From: Chiloscyllium plagiosum
Lineage: Eukaryota
DNA: 64,000 nt
Assembly (NCBI RefSeq): GCF_004010195.1
Contig: NC_057718.1
Coordinates: 76,892,079-76,956,078 of the forward strand
Direction: 5' to 3'
The notes beneath the pieces are model-generated. The model made no database searches and had not been told where the DNA came from. It worked only from the letters and a program-made list of their open reading frames with translations. Of the stretch, positions 37,937-50,556 are shown one piece after another. The position numbers and the translations under genes are program-made. How positions within the stretch are numbered: the stretch's first letter is position 1; every line of letters starts with the position of its first letter.

Positions 37937-40900
37937 TTTGTATGAAAAAGTTGCCCCTTAGGTCTCTTTTATATCTTTCCCCTCTCACTGTAAACCTATG
38001 CCCTCTAGTTCTGGACTCCCCCACCCCAGGGAAAAAGACTTTGTCTATTTATCCTATCCATGTCCCTCATGATTTTATAAACCTCCATAAGGTCACCCCT
38101 CAACCTCTGACGCTCCAGAGAAAACAGCCCCAGCCTGTTCAACCTCTCCCTATTGCTCAAAACCTCCAACTCTGGCAACAACTCTGTAAACGTTTTCTGA
38201 ACCCTTTCAAGTTTAACAACATTTTTCCGATAGAAAGGAGACCAGAATTGCTCACAATATTCCAAAAGTGGCCTAACTAATGTCCTGTACAGCTGCAACA
38301 TGACCTCCCAGCTCCTACTCAATACTCTGACCAGTAAAGGAAGGCATACCAAACGCCTTCTTCACTATCCTATCTACCTGCGACTCCACTTTCAAGGAGC
38401 TATGAACCTGTACTCCAAGGTCTCTTTGTTCAGCAACACTCCCAAGGACCTTACCATTAAGTGTATAAGTCGTGCTAAGATTTGGTTTTCCAAAATGCAT
38501 CACCTCACATTTACCTAAATTAAACTCCAACTGCCACTCCTCAGCCCATTGGCCCATCTGATCAAGATCCTGTTGTAATCTGAGGCAATCTTCTTTGCTG
38601 TCCACTACACATCCAATTTTGGTGTGAACTGCAAGCTTACTAATTTTACCTTCTATGTTTACATCCAAATCATTTAGATAAATGGTGAAAAGTAGAGGAC
38701 CCAACCCCAATCCTTGTGACACTCCACTGGTCACAGGCCTTCAATTTGAAAAACAACCCTCCACCACTACCCTCTGTCATCTACCTTTGAGACGGTTTTG
38801 TATCCAAATGGCTAGTTCTCCCTGGATTCCATGAGATCTAACTTTGATAACCAGTCTCCAAAGGGGAACCTTGTTGAACGCCTTACTGAAGTCCATATAG
38901 ATTACATCCACCACTCTGACCTCATCAACCTTCTTTGTTACTTCTTCAAAAACTCAATCAAGTTCATAAGACATGATTTCCCACACACAAAGTCATGTTG
39001 ACTATCCCTAATCAGTCCTTGCCTTTCCAAATACATGTAAATCCTATCCCTCAGTATTCCTCCCCATCAACAAGCCCATCACTGATGTCAGGATCACCGG
39101 TCTATAATTCCCTGGCTTATCCTGACCACCTTTTTAAAATAGTGGTACCACTTTAGCCAATCTCTGGTCTTCCAGCATCTCACCTGTGACTATCGATTAT
39201 ACAAATATCTCAGCAATCACTTCCCTAGCTTCCCACAGAGTTCTAGGGTACACCTAATCAGGTCCTGGGGATTTATCCACTTTTATGCGTTTCAAGACAT
39301 CCAGCACTTCCTCTTCTGTAATATGGACATTTTTCAATAAGTCACTATCTATTTCCCCACATTCTATATCTTCTATATCCTTCGCCACAGTAAACATTAA
39401 TGCAAAATATTTGTTTAGTATCTCCCCCATCTCTAGCGGCTCCACACAAAGGCTGCCTTGCCGCTCTTTGAGTGGCTATACTCTCTCCCTAGTTACCCTA
39501 TTTTCCTTAATGTATTTGTAAAAGCCTTTTGGTTTCTCTTTAACCTTATTTGCCAAAGCTATCTCATGTCCCCTTTTTGCCCTCCTGATTTCCCTCTTAA
39601 GTGTACTCCTACTGCCTTTATACTCTTCTAAGGATTCACTCAATCTATCCTGTCTATACCTGACAGATGCTTCCCTCTTTTTCTTAACCAAAACCTCAAT
39701 TTCTCTAGTCATCCAGCATTACCTACACCTACCAGTCTTTCCATTCACCCTAACAGGAATATACTTTCTCTGGATTCTCATTATTTAATTTCTGAAGGCT
39801 TCCCATTTTCCAACTGACCCATTGCCTGCAAACATCTGCCCCCAATCAGCTTCTGAAAGTTCTTGACTAAGACTGTCAAAATTAGCCTTTCTCCAATTTA
39901 GAACTTCAACTTTTAGATCTTGTCTATCCTTTTCCATCATTATTTTAAATCTAATAGAATTATGGTCGCTGGCCCCAAAGTGCTCCCCCACTGACACCTC
40001 AGTCACCTGCCCTGCCTTATTTCCCAACAGTCGGTCAACCTTTGCACGTTCTCTTGTAGGCACATCCACATGCTGAATCAGAAAATTCCTCTCCATCTAA
40101 ACCCTTAACACTATGGTAGTCCCAGTCGATGTTTGGAAAGTTAAAATCCTTTACCAAAACAACCCTATTATTCTTACAAATAACTGAAATCTCCTTACAA
40201 ATTTGTTTCTCAATTTCTCACTGGCTATTAGGGGATCTATAATACAATCTAAATAAGGTTTCTTATTTCTTATTTCTCAGTTCCACTCAAATAATTTCCC
40301 TGGATGTATTCCCTGGAATATCCTCCCTAAGTACAGCTGTAATGCTATCCTTATCAAAAACACCACTCCCCCTCCTGTCTTGCCCCCCCCTTTCTATCCT
40401 TCCTATCGCATTTGTATCCTGGAACATTAAGCTGCCAGTCCTGCCCATCCCTGAGCCATGTTTCTGTAATTACTATGGTATCCTAGTCCCATCTCCCTAA
40501 CCATACCCTGAGTTCATCTGCCTTCCCTGTTAGGCCTCTTGCATTGAAATAAATGCAGTTGAATTTATCAGTCCTACCTGGTTCTCTGCTTTGTCCCTAC
40601 CTGCCTTGACTGTTTGACTCATTTTTTTTCTCAACTGTACCAGTATCAGATTGATCTCTTTCCTCACTATCTCCCTGGGTACCTTCCCCCCTCCCCCCAA
40701 CCATACTAGTTTAAATCCTCCCAAGCAGATTTAGCTAATCTCCCTGCCAGTATATTAGTCCCTTTGCAATTTAGATGCAATCCATCCTTCTTGTATAGGT
40801 CACTTCTAGCCCAGAAGAGATTCCAATGATCCAAAAATGTGAATCGTTCTCCCATACACAAGCTCCTCAGCCATGTATACATCTCTATCCTCCTGTTCCT

Positions 40901-41875
40901 ACCCTCATTAGCTCATAGCACCGGGTGTAATCCAGACATTACTACCCTTGAGGACCTCCTTTTTAAATTCCTGTGTAATTTCCTCTATTTTCCCTTCAGA
41001 ATCTCATTCTTTTCCCTTCCTATGTCATTGGTTCCAATGTGTGCAATGACCTCCTGTTGGCCCCTATCCCATTTTGAGAACATTCTGCACCCTCTCTGAG
41101 ATAGCCTTGATCCTGGCACCATTCTGATTTTTCGCTGCTGGCAGCAGAAACGTTTATCTGTGTCTGACTAGAGAGTCCCCTATCACAATCGATTGTTTGG
41201 AACCCGATGTACCCCTCATGACATTAGAGCCAGTTTCAATACCAGAAACTTCGCTGTTGGTACTACATTCCCCTGAGAATCCATCACCCCCTACATTTTC
41301 CAAAACAGCATACTTGTTTGAAATGGGGATAGTCACAGAAGACTCCTGCACTACCTCTCTACCTCTCCTACTTTCCTGGAGTTAACCCATTGACCTGACT
41401 GTATCTGTGGCTTTTCTCCCTTCCTAAAACTGCCATGCATCACACCCCTTGCCCTAGTAAATTCCTCATTGCCTCTAACTGTCGCTCCAATGAATCCATT
41501 TGATCTGATAGGATTCGCAACCAATGGCATTTATTGCAGATTTAATCCTGAGTAACACATAAACTCTCCCTAAACGCCCACATCTGACAAGAAGAGGATA
41601 TCACTCTACTAAAGGCCATTTTTGCTTCTTCCAATCTACAGAATCAGAAAATAGTACAGTTGTATTCCTCTATAAAACACTGCGCCAGGCTAACTTAATA
41701 CTAATTACTTAAGAGACATATCTCAATAAAACATATAATCAAGAAAGAAGCCACTCTACTCACTACTGTAGATTTATAGCAAGGCTATACTTAAAACTAT
41801 TCACATATCCGTCTCTGTGCTGTGACCTCTCCCAAACAGGTTCCTCCAAGATCAGTTGTGAATTTCGCTGTGTGT
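37937..41875 (-). mobile_element. Near full-length CR1 LINE (5' UTR, ORF1, EN-RT ORF2; extreme 3' end missing), decayed
   Basis: ORF fragments ISNKYAVL..IVIGDSLVR (ORF1), HFGASDHN (endonuclease), DKSPGPD, SGVSQG..LGPLLF and RRLRGDL. Confidence 0.93.
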
Positions 41876-42989
41876 TAAACTTTGATTTATGAACCAACTC
41901 ATAATCATCAGCTGTTTCACCTGCTAATCTTGCCATTTTTACTCTCTGCTCTTCCACATGAGTTCTCACTACCTCATGAAGTAAATCTTTGAATTCCTCC
42001 AAAATAATTGTCTCTCTAAGAGCATCATATGTTTGATATATTTTTAATGGCCTTATCCACTGATCAAAATTGCTTTGTTTTATCCTTTCAAACTCAATGT
42101 ATGTTTGACCAGTGTCCCTCCTTTGATTCCTGAAACATTGTGGGGTCCTGGCACAGGCTTATGTGTATATAAGATGGCATTCTGCACCTCCTCATATTCC
42201 CCAGATACCTCCTCTCATAGTGATGCAAATACTCCACTATCTCTACTTACCAGCTTTCTTTGGATCAACAAAACCCATATGATCACTGCCCACTTCATTT
42301 GTTTAACTACTTTCTCAAATGAGATGAAAAAGGCTTTTACATGCTTCTCATCAAATTTAGGCAATGCTTGGATATTATTAAACAGATCCCCATTAGGCCT
42401 TTGGCTACCATGAGCATCCTCACTACCTCCTCACTCAGCCTACCTTCTACCTTCACCTCCATCCTTTTAAGCCAACTTTCCTGTCTAAATGCTGATTTCT
42501 AAAGTTCAAACTCTCTCTCTTTCTGCCTTTCCTCTGTTGGGCCTTCCTCCCCTTTTCTTTTTGATCTGCTAGGGTGATTCGTTCTTTTTCTCTTTCCTCT
42601 GCTTTTAACCGTAATTACATCTGTCTCAGTTCTCTTTCATGTTCAAGCTGCTGCAGTTGCAATTGAATTCTAGTCATCTTCAAAGATTCTGATGGCGTCT
42701 CCAGCAAATGTAAATGCTGGGCTATTGCTGTAATTGCCTGTCCTTTCCTCACGGAAGGAGGCAGTTTCAACTCCAGCCTGACTGCCAATTCCAGCAGATT
42801 TTCCTTCACCTTTTGTAAAGCCCCCAGAGTCACTTCTTCCACCCCCAGAAAGCTCTTAGTTACTGAAAGAGTCACTACTACACCAAACACTGTTTAAAAT
42901 CAACTGAATTCAACACCCAGAACAAAAGACAATCATACCTACCACTTTGAATTCAACAACTCTAAACCCAAATTGGAATTATAGAATTA

Positions 42990-43008
42990 ATCCCTTCAAG
43001 AGCCCTCA
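42990..43008 (-). other. Degenerate tRNA-Pro primer-binding site
   Basis: Minus strand reads TGAGGGCTCTTGAAGGGAT, 3 nt from the 5' LTR. The canonical Pro PBS is TGGGGGCTCGTCCGGGAT. Confidence 0.55.
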
Positions 43009-43011
43009 ATC

Positions 43012-43552
43012 TGTTATGGATCGTCCCAGACACCCTTAAAATATTTCAAGAAGGTAGCCTAGATCCAAACTTTTTCTTATTTTAAAGACAGGTGTAAAAT
43101 GGATATTCTAAGTGTGATGCAGCTGGTCAAACCACTTGGCTTTAAGCTACAGTTGAAGTACAAACAAAAGAAAACACAGTGTAGAATAACTATTGGAAAG
43201 CGTAACTGACTCAATACAGCTACTTAACTAAGGAGCCGTTCCAATCCAGTAACATCCCATAAACACACCTCTTGGCAAAAATGTAGATTGAAACACAGAT
43301 TCTTACAGGGAACAACTTCCAAAGATATTTCAGAGAGAAAAGCAGTCAGGAATCATCTGCTGAAGCTATACTCCAGCTGGACTGCAGCATCTTGTGACTG
43401 CTACAGCTCTACCAAACTAGAAAAAAAACTGAAGTGGGAGAACTGGCCACTCCGCTGCCATTGTTAAAACTGGGCTCTTCCTAATCCCCTTGGCACTTCT
43501 GCCTTTACAACCTATCTCAAAAAAGACCCAAGGGGAAAATAATCTTGTCATA
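43012..43552 (-). repeat. 5' LTR
   Basis: Homologous to 34841-35428, with small deletions, and followed by the TSD AGTT. Confidence 0.9.
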
Positions 43553-43939
43553 AGTTAATGAGGGTGATGACAAGCAATAATCTCTGTTAGTAGGCCTCTT
43601 GCTGTTCCCGAGTGAGAATTCTGCCTTAATGTCTGGAACTCTGTTAGAAAATGCAACAAGTTGCTTCTGCCTTCAAGAAAAGACTTACTGGAATTTTCAC
43701 GAGATTCTCTGGAAGCCCATGCTGTTCAGGACCCTATAAGATTTTGCCTTTTTATCTGAAAGATGGCACCTCCAACAAAGTTGAATTCCCCCAGTGTAGC
43801 ACTAGAATGTGAACGTTAATTTTGTACTCAGGAACCAATAAACTTCTGACTCAGAGGCAAGGCTCCCAACTGCCATGTCTGATACTCCAGTATATTCATA
43901 TTATATACTGTATGAATGTATGTAAGCAGAAAAAAGGGA

Positions 43940-44120
43940 GATCAGTTAGCTGGACAGCAATGCAGAGTGATGACAACACAGTGGGTTCAATTCCTTGCTG
44001 GCTGAGGTTACTATGACGGCTCTGCTTGTCAACTTCTTCCCTCATCTAAGGTATGGTGACCCTCAGGTTAAACCTGTTGTCTCTCATTAATAAGAAAGCA
44101 GCTCTGTGATGTGGTAGGAC
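43940..44120 (+). mobile_element. Old tRNA-derived SINE
   Basis: B-box-like GGGTTCAATTCC followed by GGTGACCCTCAGGTTAAACC. Confidence 0.45.
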
Positions 44121-44224
44121 CTTTAAACAGATATAGTACATCTTGTTTCATCATGATATGTTTCAGAGATTTATTTTGGCTGTTTTGACTTACAGAAAAG
44201 GATTAAGAACGTTGCTAACAAGTT

Positions 44225-44520
44225 GGAGGATCTCCTCATGGGTCTGCTCCTGGGCCTGGCCAAGCTGGCTCTAAACAGGTCCAGGCAGCAGAGTTTGGAG
44301 GGGATCATTCCTACCGACTGTCTGCCCGTCTTCTGTGCTATGTGGCTGGGCATCCAATGAGAGGAAGCATGTTGCAGCACCAATGCTCTCAAAACCTTTA
44401 GAGAGAGGTGGGCACCATGGGGTAAGAGTGCTTTATTTATCCCTCCAATTCCAATTTGATTTGACCCCTTCCTGCTCTCTCTACCCTTCCTTCACTTTTG
44501 ATAGTTTGCATGTAAATGTC
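44225..44520 (+). mobile_element. Tx1-clade LINE ORF2 C-terminal remnant
   Basis: Translates DLLMGLLLGLAKLALNRSRQQSLEG..DCLPVF, typical of vertebrate Tx1 ORF2 ends. Confidence 0.65.
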
Positions 44521-45699
44521 TAACTGACTGCACAGGTGATTTACTGGTGGTGGTTAATAGATAAAAGCAAAAAAAAAGAAAAAATGTCACAGTGATTTGA
44601 TGATGAACAAAAATATGTTCATTTGTGTGAAAGAGCACTTCTGGATATATGAAAAAAAGAAAATTTCTAAATCCATTACGTATTGTTTTAATTGGTAAAA
44701 GGAAGTTCAGTATTTTTCTTAATTCAAACACAACTTTAAGGATGTAGTTGATTATTCCATTCTCTGTTTATGAAATGACGTTGTTTTCAGTTTCCTTGAT
44801 GTAAAGTGGTTGCTGTTTCAATAGTTAATGGCAACGAAACCTGTGCATAATATGTGCACATATTCCACAAAGATATTTTGATGCTATACCCACTTAAAAA
44901 TGTAGAATCAGACTTCAGTGATGACTATTCACTCAATACTATTCACTCAATAGAGCAATTGATATGGATTTTGCAACAGATACATCTGCAGCTGAGTACT
45001 GCAAATACACATAAAAAGTTGAGCACTGAATATTTCTGCAATCTGAATGGATCCCAAAGTAGAGAACTTGTCTTAGCTATAAAGTAGCTTAGCAGAATGA
45101 ATTCATCAGTTTATTGTTTGTGACTTGTTCTGTTTCTTACTAACATGCAGATTCCAAGGACATCATCTGCAGAAAATCAGTACTTGCTGACAAAATATAT
45201 AATATTTAACTTGTCCTTCATATTGAATGATAGGTCACACACCCAAGCATCACTCACAATTATGGTCTTTGAAAGGGAGAATTTTATACAGCAGGAGGAT
45301 TTTTTAAAGCCGTTTCACCCATACCCAATTCTTTGAAGCAGTTATTCACTAAATCTAAATCCCAGTCTTCAGAAATGAGTCCTTATGTTTAAAAAATAAC
45401 TTATTATGTAACTATTTATATAATGCATTTTAAAAAGCTGTTTTTAGAATTAGAATTAGGTTTTATTGTTGCATATGCTTAAGTATAGGGATACAGGTGT
45501 ACAGTGAAAAGTGTATACAGTTGCCATTTCTGGTATCATCCTAGGTACAAAGATGCCTTGCTACAAAATCTTAGGTATAAATTAGAAAATTAAAAGTTCA
45601 CCATTACAGTCCTTCTACAGCAGCAAGAGAGAGAAAAAAAACAGACCTGTCCAAGTTGAGCTTCACCTCGAAGCTGTGAGTCCCATGAGTTCGTGCTGG

Positions 45700-46770
45700 G
45701 ACCAACTTCATGTCTGTGCTGGGCCTCACTTCGTATCTGTGCTGGGCCTCACTTCGGGTCTGTGCTGGGAATCACTTCAGGTCTGTGCTGGGCCTCACTT
45801 CATGTCTGTGCTGGGCCTCACTTCGGGTCTGTTCTGGGCCTCACTTCGGATCTGTTCTGGGCCTCACTTCGAGTCTGTTCTTGGAATCACTTCAGGTTTG
45901 TGCTGGGCCTCACTTCATGTCTGTGCTGGACCTCACTTCCAGTCTTTTCTGGGCCTCACTTCGGGTCTGTTCTGGGCCTCACTTCGGGTCTGTGCTGGTA
46001 CTCACTTCGGGTCTGTGCTGGCCCTCACTTCGGGGCTGTTCTGGGCTGTTCTGGGCCTCACTTCAGGTCTGTGCTGGGACTCACTTCGGGTCTGTGGTGG
46101 GCCTCACTTCAGGTCTGTGCTGGTCCTCACTTCGGGTCTGTGCTGGGCCTCACTTCGGGTCTGTGCTGGGAATCACTTCAGGTCTGTGCTGGGTCTCACT
46201 TCGAGTCTGTGCTGGGCCTCACTTCATGTCTGTGTTGGGCCTCACTTCGGGTCTGTGCTGGGCCTCACTTGGGGTCTGTTCTGGGCCTCACTTCGGATCT
46301 GTTCTGGGCCTCACTTCGAGTTTGTTCTGGGAATCACTTCAGGTTTGTGCTGGACCTCACTTCATGTCTGTGCTGGACCTCACTTCGGGTCTTTTCTGGG
46401 CCTCACTTCGGGTCTGTTCTGGGCCTCACTTCGGATCTGTTCTGGGCCTCACTTCGAGTTTGTTCTGGGAATCACTTCAGGTTTGTGCTGGACCTCACTT
46501 CATGTCTGTGCTGGACCTCACTTCGGGTCTTTTCTGGGCCTCACTTCGGGTCTGTTCTGGGCCTCACTTCAGGTCTGTGCTGGGACTCACTTCAGGTTTG
46601 TGCTGGACCTCACTTCATGTCTGTGCTGGACCTCACTTCGGGTCTTTTCTGGGCCTCACTTCGGGTCTGTTCTGGGCTTCACTTCGGGTCTGTGCTGGGA
46701 CTCACTTCGGGTCTGTGGTGGGCCTCACTTCGGGGCTGTTCTGGGCCTCACTTCGGGTCTGTGCTGGGAC
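45700..46770. repeat. 23-bp minisatellite, left array
   Basis: Unit GCTGGGCCTCACTTCGGGTCTGT, about 46 copies. 138-bp (6-unit) higher-order repeat at 46281-46418 and 46419-46556. Confidence 0.97.
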
Positions 46771-47590
46771 TTTAATTCAGGTAAATGCGAGGTGCTGCAT
46801 TTTGGGAAAGCAAATCTTAGCAGGACTTATACACTTAATGGTAAGGTCCTAGGGCGTGTTGCTGAACAAAGAGACCTTGGAGTGCAGGTTCATAGCTCCT
46901 TGAAAGTGGAGTCGCAGGTTGATAGGATAGTGAAGAAGGTGTTTGGTATGCTTTCCTTTATCAGTCAGAGTATTGAGTACAGGAGTTGGGAGGTCATGTT
47001 GCGGCGGTACAGGACATTGCTTAGATCAATATTGGAATAATTTGTGCAATTCTGGTCTCCTTCCTATTGGAAAGATGTTGTGAAACTTGAAAGGGTTCAG
47101 AAAAGATTTACAAGGATGTTTCTGGGTTGGAGGATTTGAGCTATGGGGAGAGGTTGAATAGGTTGAGGCTGTTTTCCCTGGAGCGTCGGAGGCTGAGGGG
47201 TGACCTTATAGAGGTTTACAAAGTTTTGAGGGGCATGGATAGGATAAATAGACAAAGTCTTTTCCCTGGGGTGGGAGAGTCCAGAACTACAGGGCCTAGG
47301 TTTAGGGTGAGAGGGGAAAGATATAAAAGAGACCTAAGGGGCAACTTTTTCACGCAGAGTGTAGTACATGTATGGAATGAGCTGCCAGAGAAAGTGGTGG
47401 ATGCTGTTACAATTGCAACATTTAGAAGGCATTTGGATGGGTATATGAATAGGAAGGGTTTGGAGGGATATGGGCCGGGTGCTGGCAGGTGGGACGAGAT
47501 TGGGTTGGAATATCTGGTAAGCATGGACGGGTTGGACTGAATGGTCTGTTTCCATGCTGTATATCTCTATGACTCTATGTCTCTGTGACT
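46771..47590 (+). mobile_element. CR1 LINE 3' fragment inserted in the minisatellite
   Basis: FNSGKCEVLHFG..EQRDLGV..RRLRGDLIEVYK motifs and (CTATGACT)n tail. Confidence 0.95.
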
Positions 47591-48330
47591 TTGTGCTGGG
47601 CCTCATTTCGTATCTGTACTGGGCGTTACTTCAGGTCTGTGCTGGACCTCACTTCGAGTCTATACTGGACCTCACTTCATGTCTGTGCTGGGCCTTACTT
47701 CGTGTCTGTGCCGGGCCTGACTTCGAGTCCGCACTGGGCCTCACTTTGTGTCCATGCTGGACCTTACTTCGTGTCCATGCTGGTCCTCATTTCGTGTACA
47801 TGCTGGGCCTAACTTTGAATCCACACTGGGCCTCATTTTGGAGTCTGCACTGAGCCTCACTTTGAGTCCATGCTGGGCTTCACTTTGAGTCTGCGCTCAG
47901 CCTCACTTCGAGTCCACACTGGGCCTCACTTTGAGTCCGTGTTGGGCTTCACTTCGAGTCCGCATTGGGCCTCACTTTGAGTCCACTCTGGGCTTCACTT
48001 CGAGTCAGTGCTGGGCCTCATTTTGAGTCCACGCTGGGCCTCATTTTGAGTCCACGCTGGGCCTCACTTTGAGTCCGTGCTGGGCCTCACTTCGAGTCTG
48101 CACTGGGCCTCACATTGAGTCCGTGCTGGGCCTCACTTCGAGTCTGCGTTGGGCCTCACTTCGAGTCTCCGTTTGGCCTCACTTCGAGTCCACGCTGGGC
48201 CTCACTTTGAGCCTGCACTGGGCCTCACTTTGAGTCTGCTCTAGGCTTCACTTTGAGTCTGTGCTGGGCCTCTCTTTGAATCCATGCTAGGCCTAAATTC
48301 AAGTCTGTACTGGGCCTGACTTCGGGTCCC
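47591..48330. repeat. 23-bp minisatellite, right array (more diverged variant)
   Basis: Units drift to GCTGGGCCTCACTTTGAGTCCAC/GT, about 32 copies. Confidence 0.95.
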
Positions 48331-48983
48331 GCCACTGATCTTCACCTCGTGTCATCCTGGCTCAACTTGCCACCATCAAAGCTGTCCAAGGATGGGAGAT
48401 AAGTAGAAAGAATAAATACGTGAGAAAAGAAAAAAAGAAAAGAGACAGATGGATGGGAGGATCTCCAGCTCTAGAGCCCTCCTTGAGCCACCATCCTGGA
48501 TACTTTGGGTTCTCCTCTGCACTGTGTAAAGGGTAGAGTACCCAGGTCCTAACATTCATTTTGATTTATTTCTCTCCTTAAGAAGAGAATGCATCAGAGC
48601 AGCCATTTTGAGTTGTGCTGCTACTTGAACAATTTTAGCAATTTTTGCTTGTCACAGGACTGTTCTTTGAAGTATCACATGTGTATTAGTTACAGCATTG
48701 TATATTCAAATGCTGCTTTGGTTCATAATCCCAGCATTTCCAAGAAACAAGATTACTGATATTTCAGCATTTGCTGCAGTGTTCTAAACTTTGTGCTGTA
48801 ATATTAAACATTTACTACGTGCCAGTGTTTGATCAGTTTTATACACACAAGTTATTTTTATTTCCAGATTCAATTGGGTATTTAGATAATTTTGCTTCAG
48901 TTCTAGAACACCAAAAATACAAAATGGCAAATGGATGGTGCACCTCGTAAAAATTTCAAAAAACATGAGAAAAAATTATAAAC

Positions 48984-50253
48984 TTTCTGTCAAATAAATA
49001 TAGGTCACTTCATCAAGCAAAGTCTCATCCGTTCTCACCAAACAGACCTGACACTTTAGCTCTGTGTCTGACTGTGAGGTTTCATGCTGTGATAATCTTT
49101 CTGTAGTCATATAAACCAGAAACATGTCTGAGGTTAACCACAAAGGACAGTGTGAACATTTTTCCAAATGTTCAGCCCAAGAAAAGGTCTCATCTTGTAC
49201 ATAGAGTATAACATAAACTACATTTTTTCTTTACATAATATTGATGACTAATTAAACATAGCAAAAAAGATTTGAGTTCAATAATACTCTTCCCAAGCTT
49301 AAATAATTTTATCACGAAAGATGAAAACAAGGCAGCTAACATTTTTCATAATAAACTCTTCGTGCTTTGACCTATTTTCAGATATTCTGAAAATTAAAGC
49401 TAAGACAGTTTCAAGTGAACACATGGAAACTCCTTTTACAGAAATGGTGCAAGAATATGGAATCTTTTACTTCAGGCAGAGAATCAATTTTATTTGATTC
49501 TCAGCTGAATATCTCTTACCTAGTAGCCCCTTCTCTGTAAAATCATAAAGTTAATATTTTTTTCTTGTGGGTGAGAAGCAGTAGATGAATGAGAGTAACT
49601 GCTTGTTTGGGAAAAGGTGGGTTTGTGGGAAGCAATAACACAATATTCAAGTGGAAAACAAGTAGTAATGTTAACTGTTCGAATGTTAAAACATTTAGAC
49701 ATAATCCACAATGCTTAGTTCTATAATTTCCGGTACAGAATGTTTAGCATTGCTTACATTTAATGACGTGGTGATGTTGTCAGTGATGGAATTCAAAATG
49801 CCTAAGGAAGTGAATAATTTTTATAAAAATCAATCATGACTGTTTATAGACATTCATTAGTTTGACAGCCTAAACTGTATCCATTTGCTAATGTTAACTA
49901 TATGACTGCGAATTCTTGCAGGATTTAGAATGCCACCCAAGTGACTCACAATCTTTTGCATTATTATGCAGATCTCTGAAAAGCAACACATCTTTAAGAT
50001 AGCTAGATGACGCCATGACATGAAATACTCTGATAGCTTACTCTCTGTACAATCAGTTAGTTGGTTAAAGAGCCAGTCAGACAACTAATATAAAATCGAG
50101 CATATAGTTTATCATGTAATAGTGACATAAGTATATATGAGTTATATTAGTGTACATAGTTAGTTGTTTTAAACTTCAAGATATCTATCTAAAGACCTGA
50201 ATTTCTATTTGTAATTGCTTTTCTGTCAAATCAATATAGGTCACTTCATCAAG
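48984..50253. promoter_or_regulatory. Candidate enhancer: three ROR-response-element matches
   Basis: WAWNTRGGTCA matches at 48997-49007 (+), 49368-49378 (-) and 50233-50243 (+). Two lie inside a 34-bp duplicated block. Confidence 0.35.
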
Positions 50254-50475
50254 TTACATAGGCTAACGTATAAAAAAACTGCAGCACATCCAATCCAGAG
50301 AGTTTGACCTCCTCAGGAAAAACAAGACAAATAGATTTCTGACAGATTGAGTAGAACGTTCTCACCTTAGTGCCTGTTGAAACAGCAGGACCATTACCAT
50401 AAAAGGACCTGTTGGACTGTTTTGTGAACTTCAGCTCAGTAACAGAATCACAGAGAAAGCATCTCACTCGATTTC

Positions 50476-50556
50476 TTGCTCTTGCCTGACGGTTGCATTG
50501 TTGGATCTGTGAAGCTGCTTTAAAGATCCAACAACATGACCCTCAGGCAAGAGTAA
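50476..50556. repeat. 81-nt imperfect palindrome (hairpin)
   Basis: 40-nt arms symmetric about 50516 with no indels (CTCTTGCCTGA/TCAGGCAAGAG; TTGTTGGATCT/AGATCCAACAA). Confidence 0.85.

Larger units (their letters stand above)
34841..43552 (-). mobile_element. Gypsy LTR retrotransposon, Gmr1-like domain order, decayed, with nested insertions
   Basis: Two homologous LTRs and a 4-bp TSD AGTT (34837-34840 / 43553-43556). On the minus strand: gag (about 41876-42890), integrase C-terminus (about 37140-37300), RT (36233-36780, MPFGMKNAPVTFQR) and RNase H (35697-36000, YFSRKL..IIYTDHNPL). Confidence 0.93.
45447..48497 (-). mobile_element. Probable non-autonomous LINE-related element hosting the minisatellite
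   Basis: Minus strand ends in AATAAAACCTAATTCTAATTC (polyA signal plus short repeat) and starts GATGGTGGC, reminiscent of Rex1/Babar-type ends. Confidence 0.4.

Noticed and set aside
45676..47040. 454/360/380-aa ORFs as protein-coding genes
   Set aside because: They arise because the 23-bp unit has no stop in any + frame. All three frames give permutations of the same peptide, and the tail is CR1 ORF2.
45700..48330. CRISPR-like array
   Set aside because: Units are contiguous 23-mers with no unique spacers, there are no cas genes, and the context is vertebrate. It is a minisatellite.
48976..50260. Minus-strand duplicated coding exons with LDEVTYIxL (ITIM-like)
   Set aside because: There are in-frame stops next to the second copy, no convincing splice sites and no recognisable protein.
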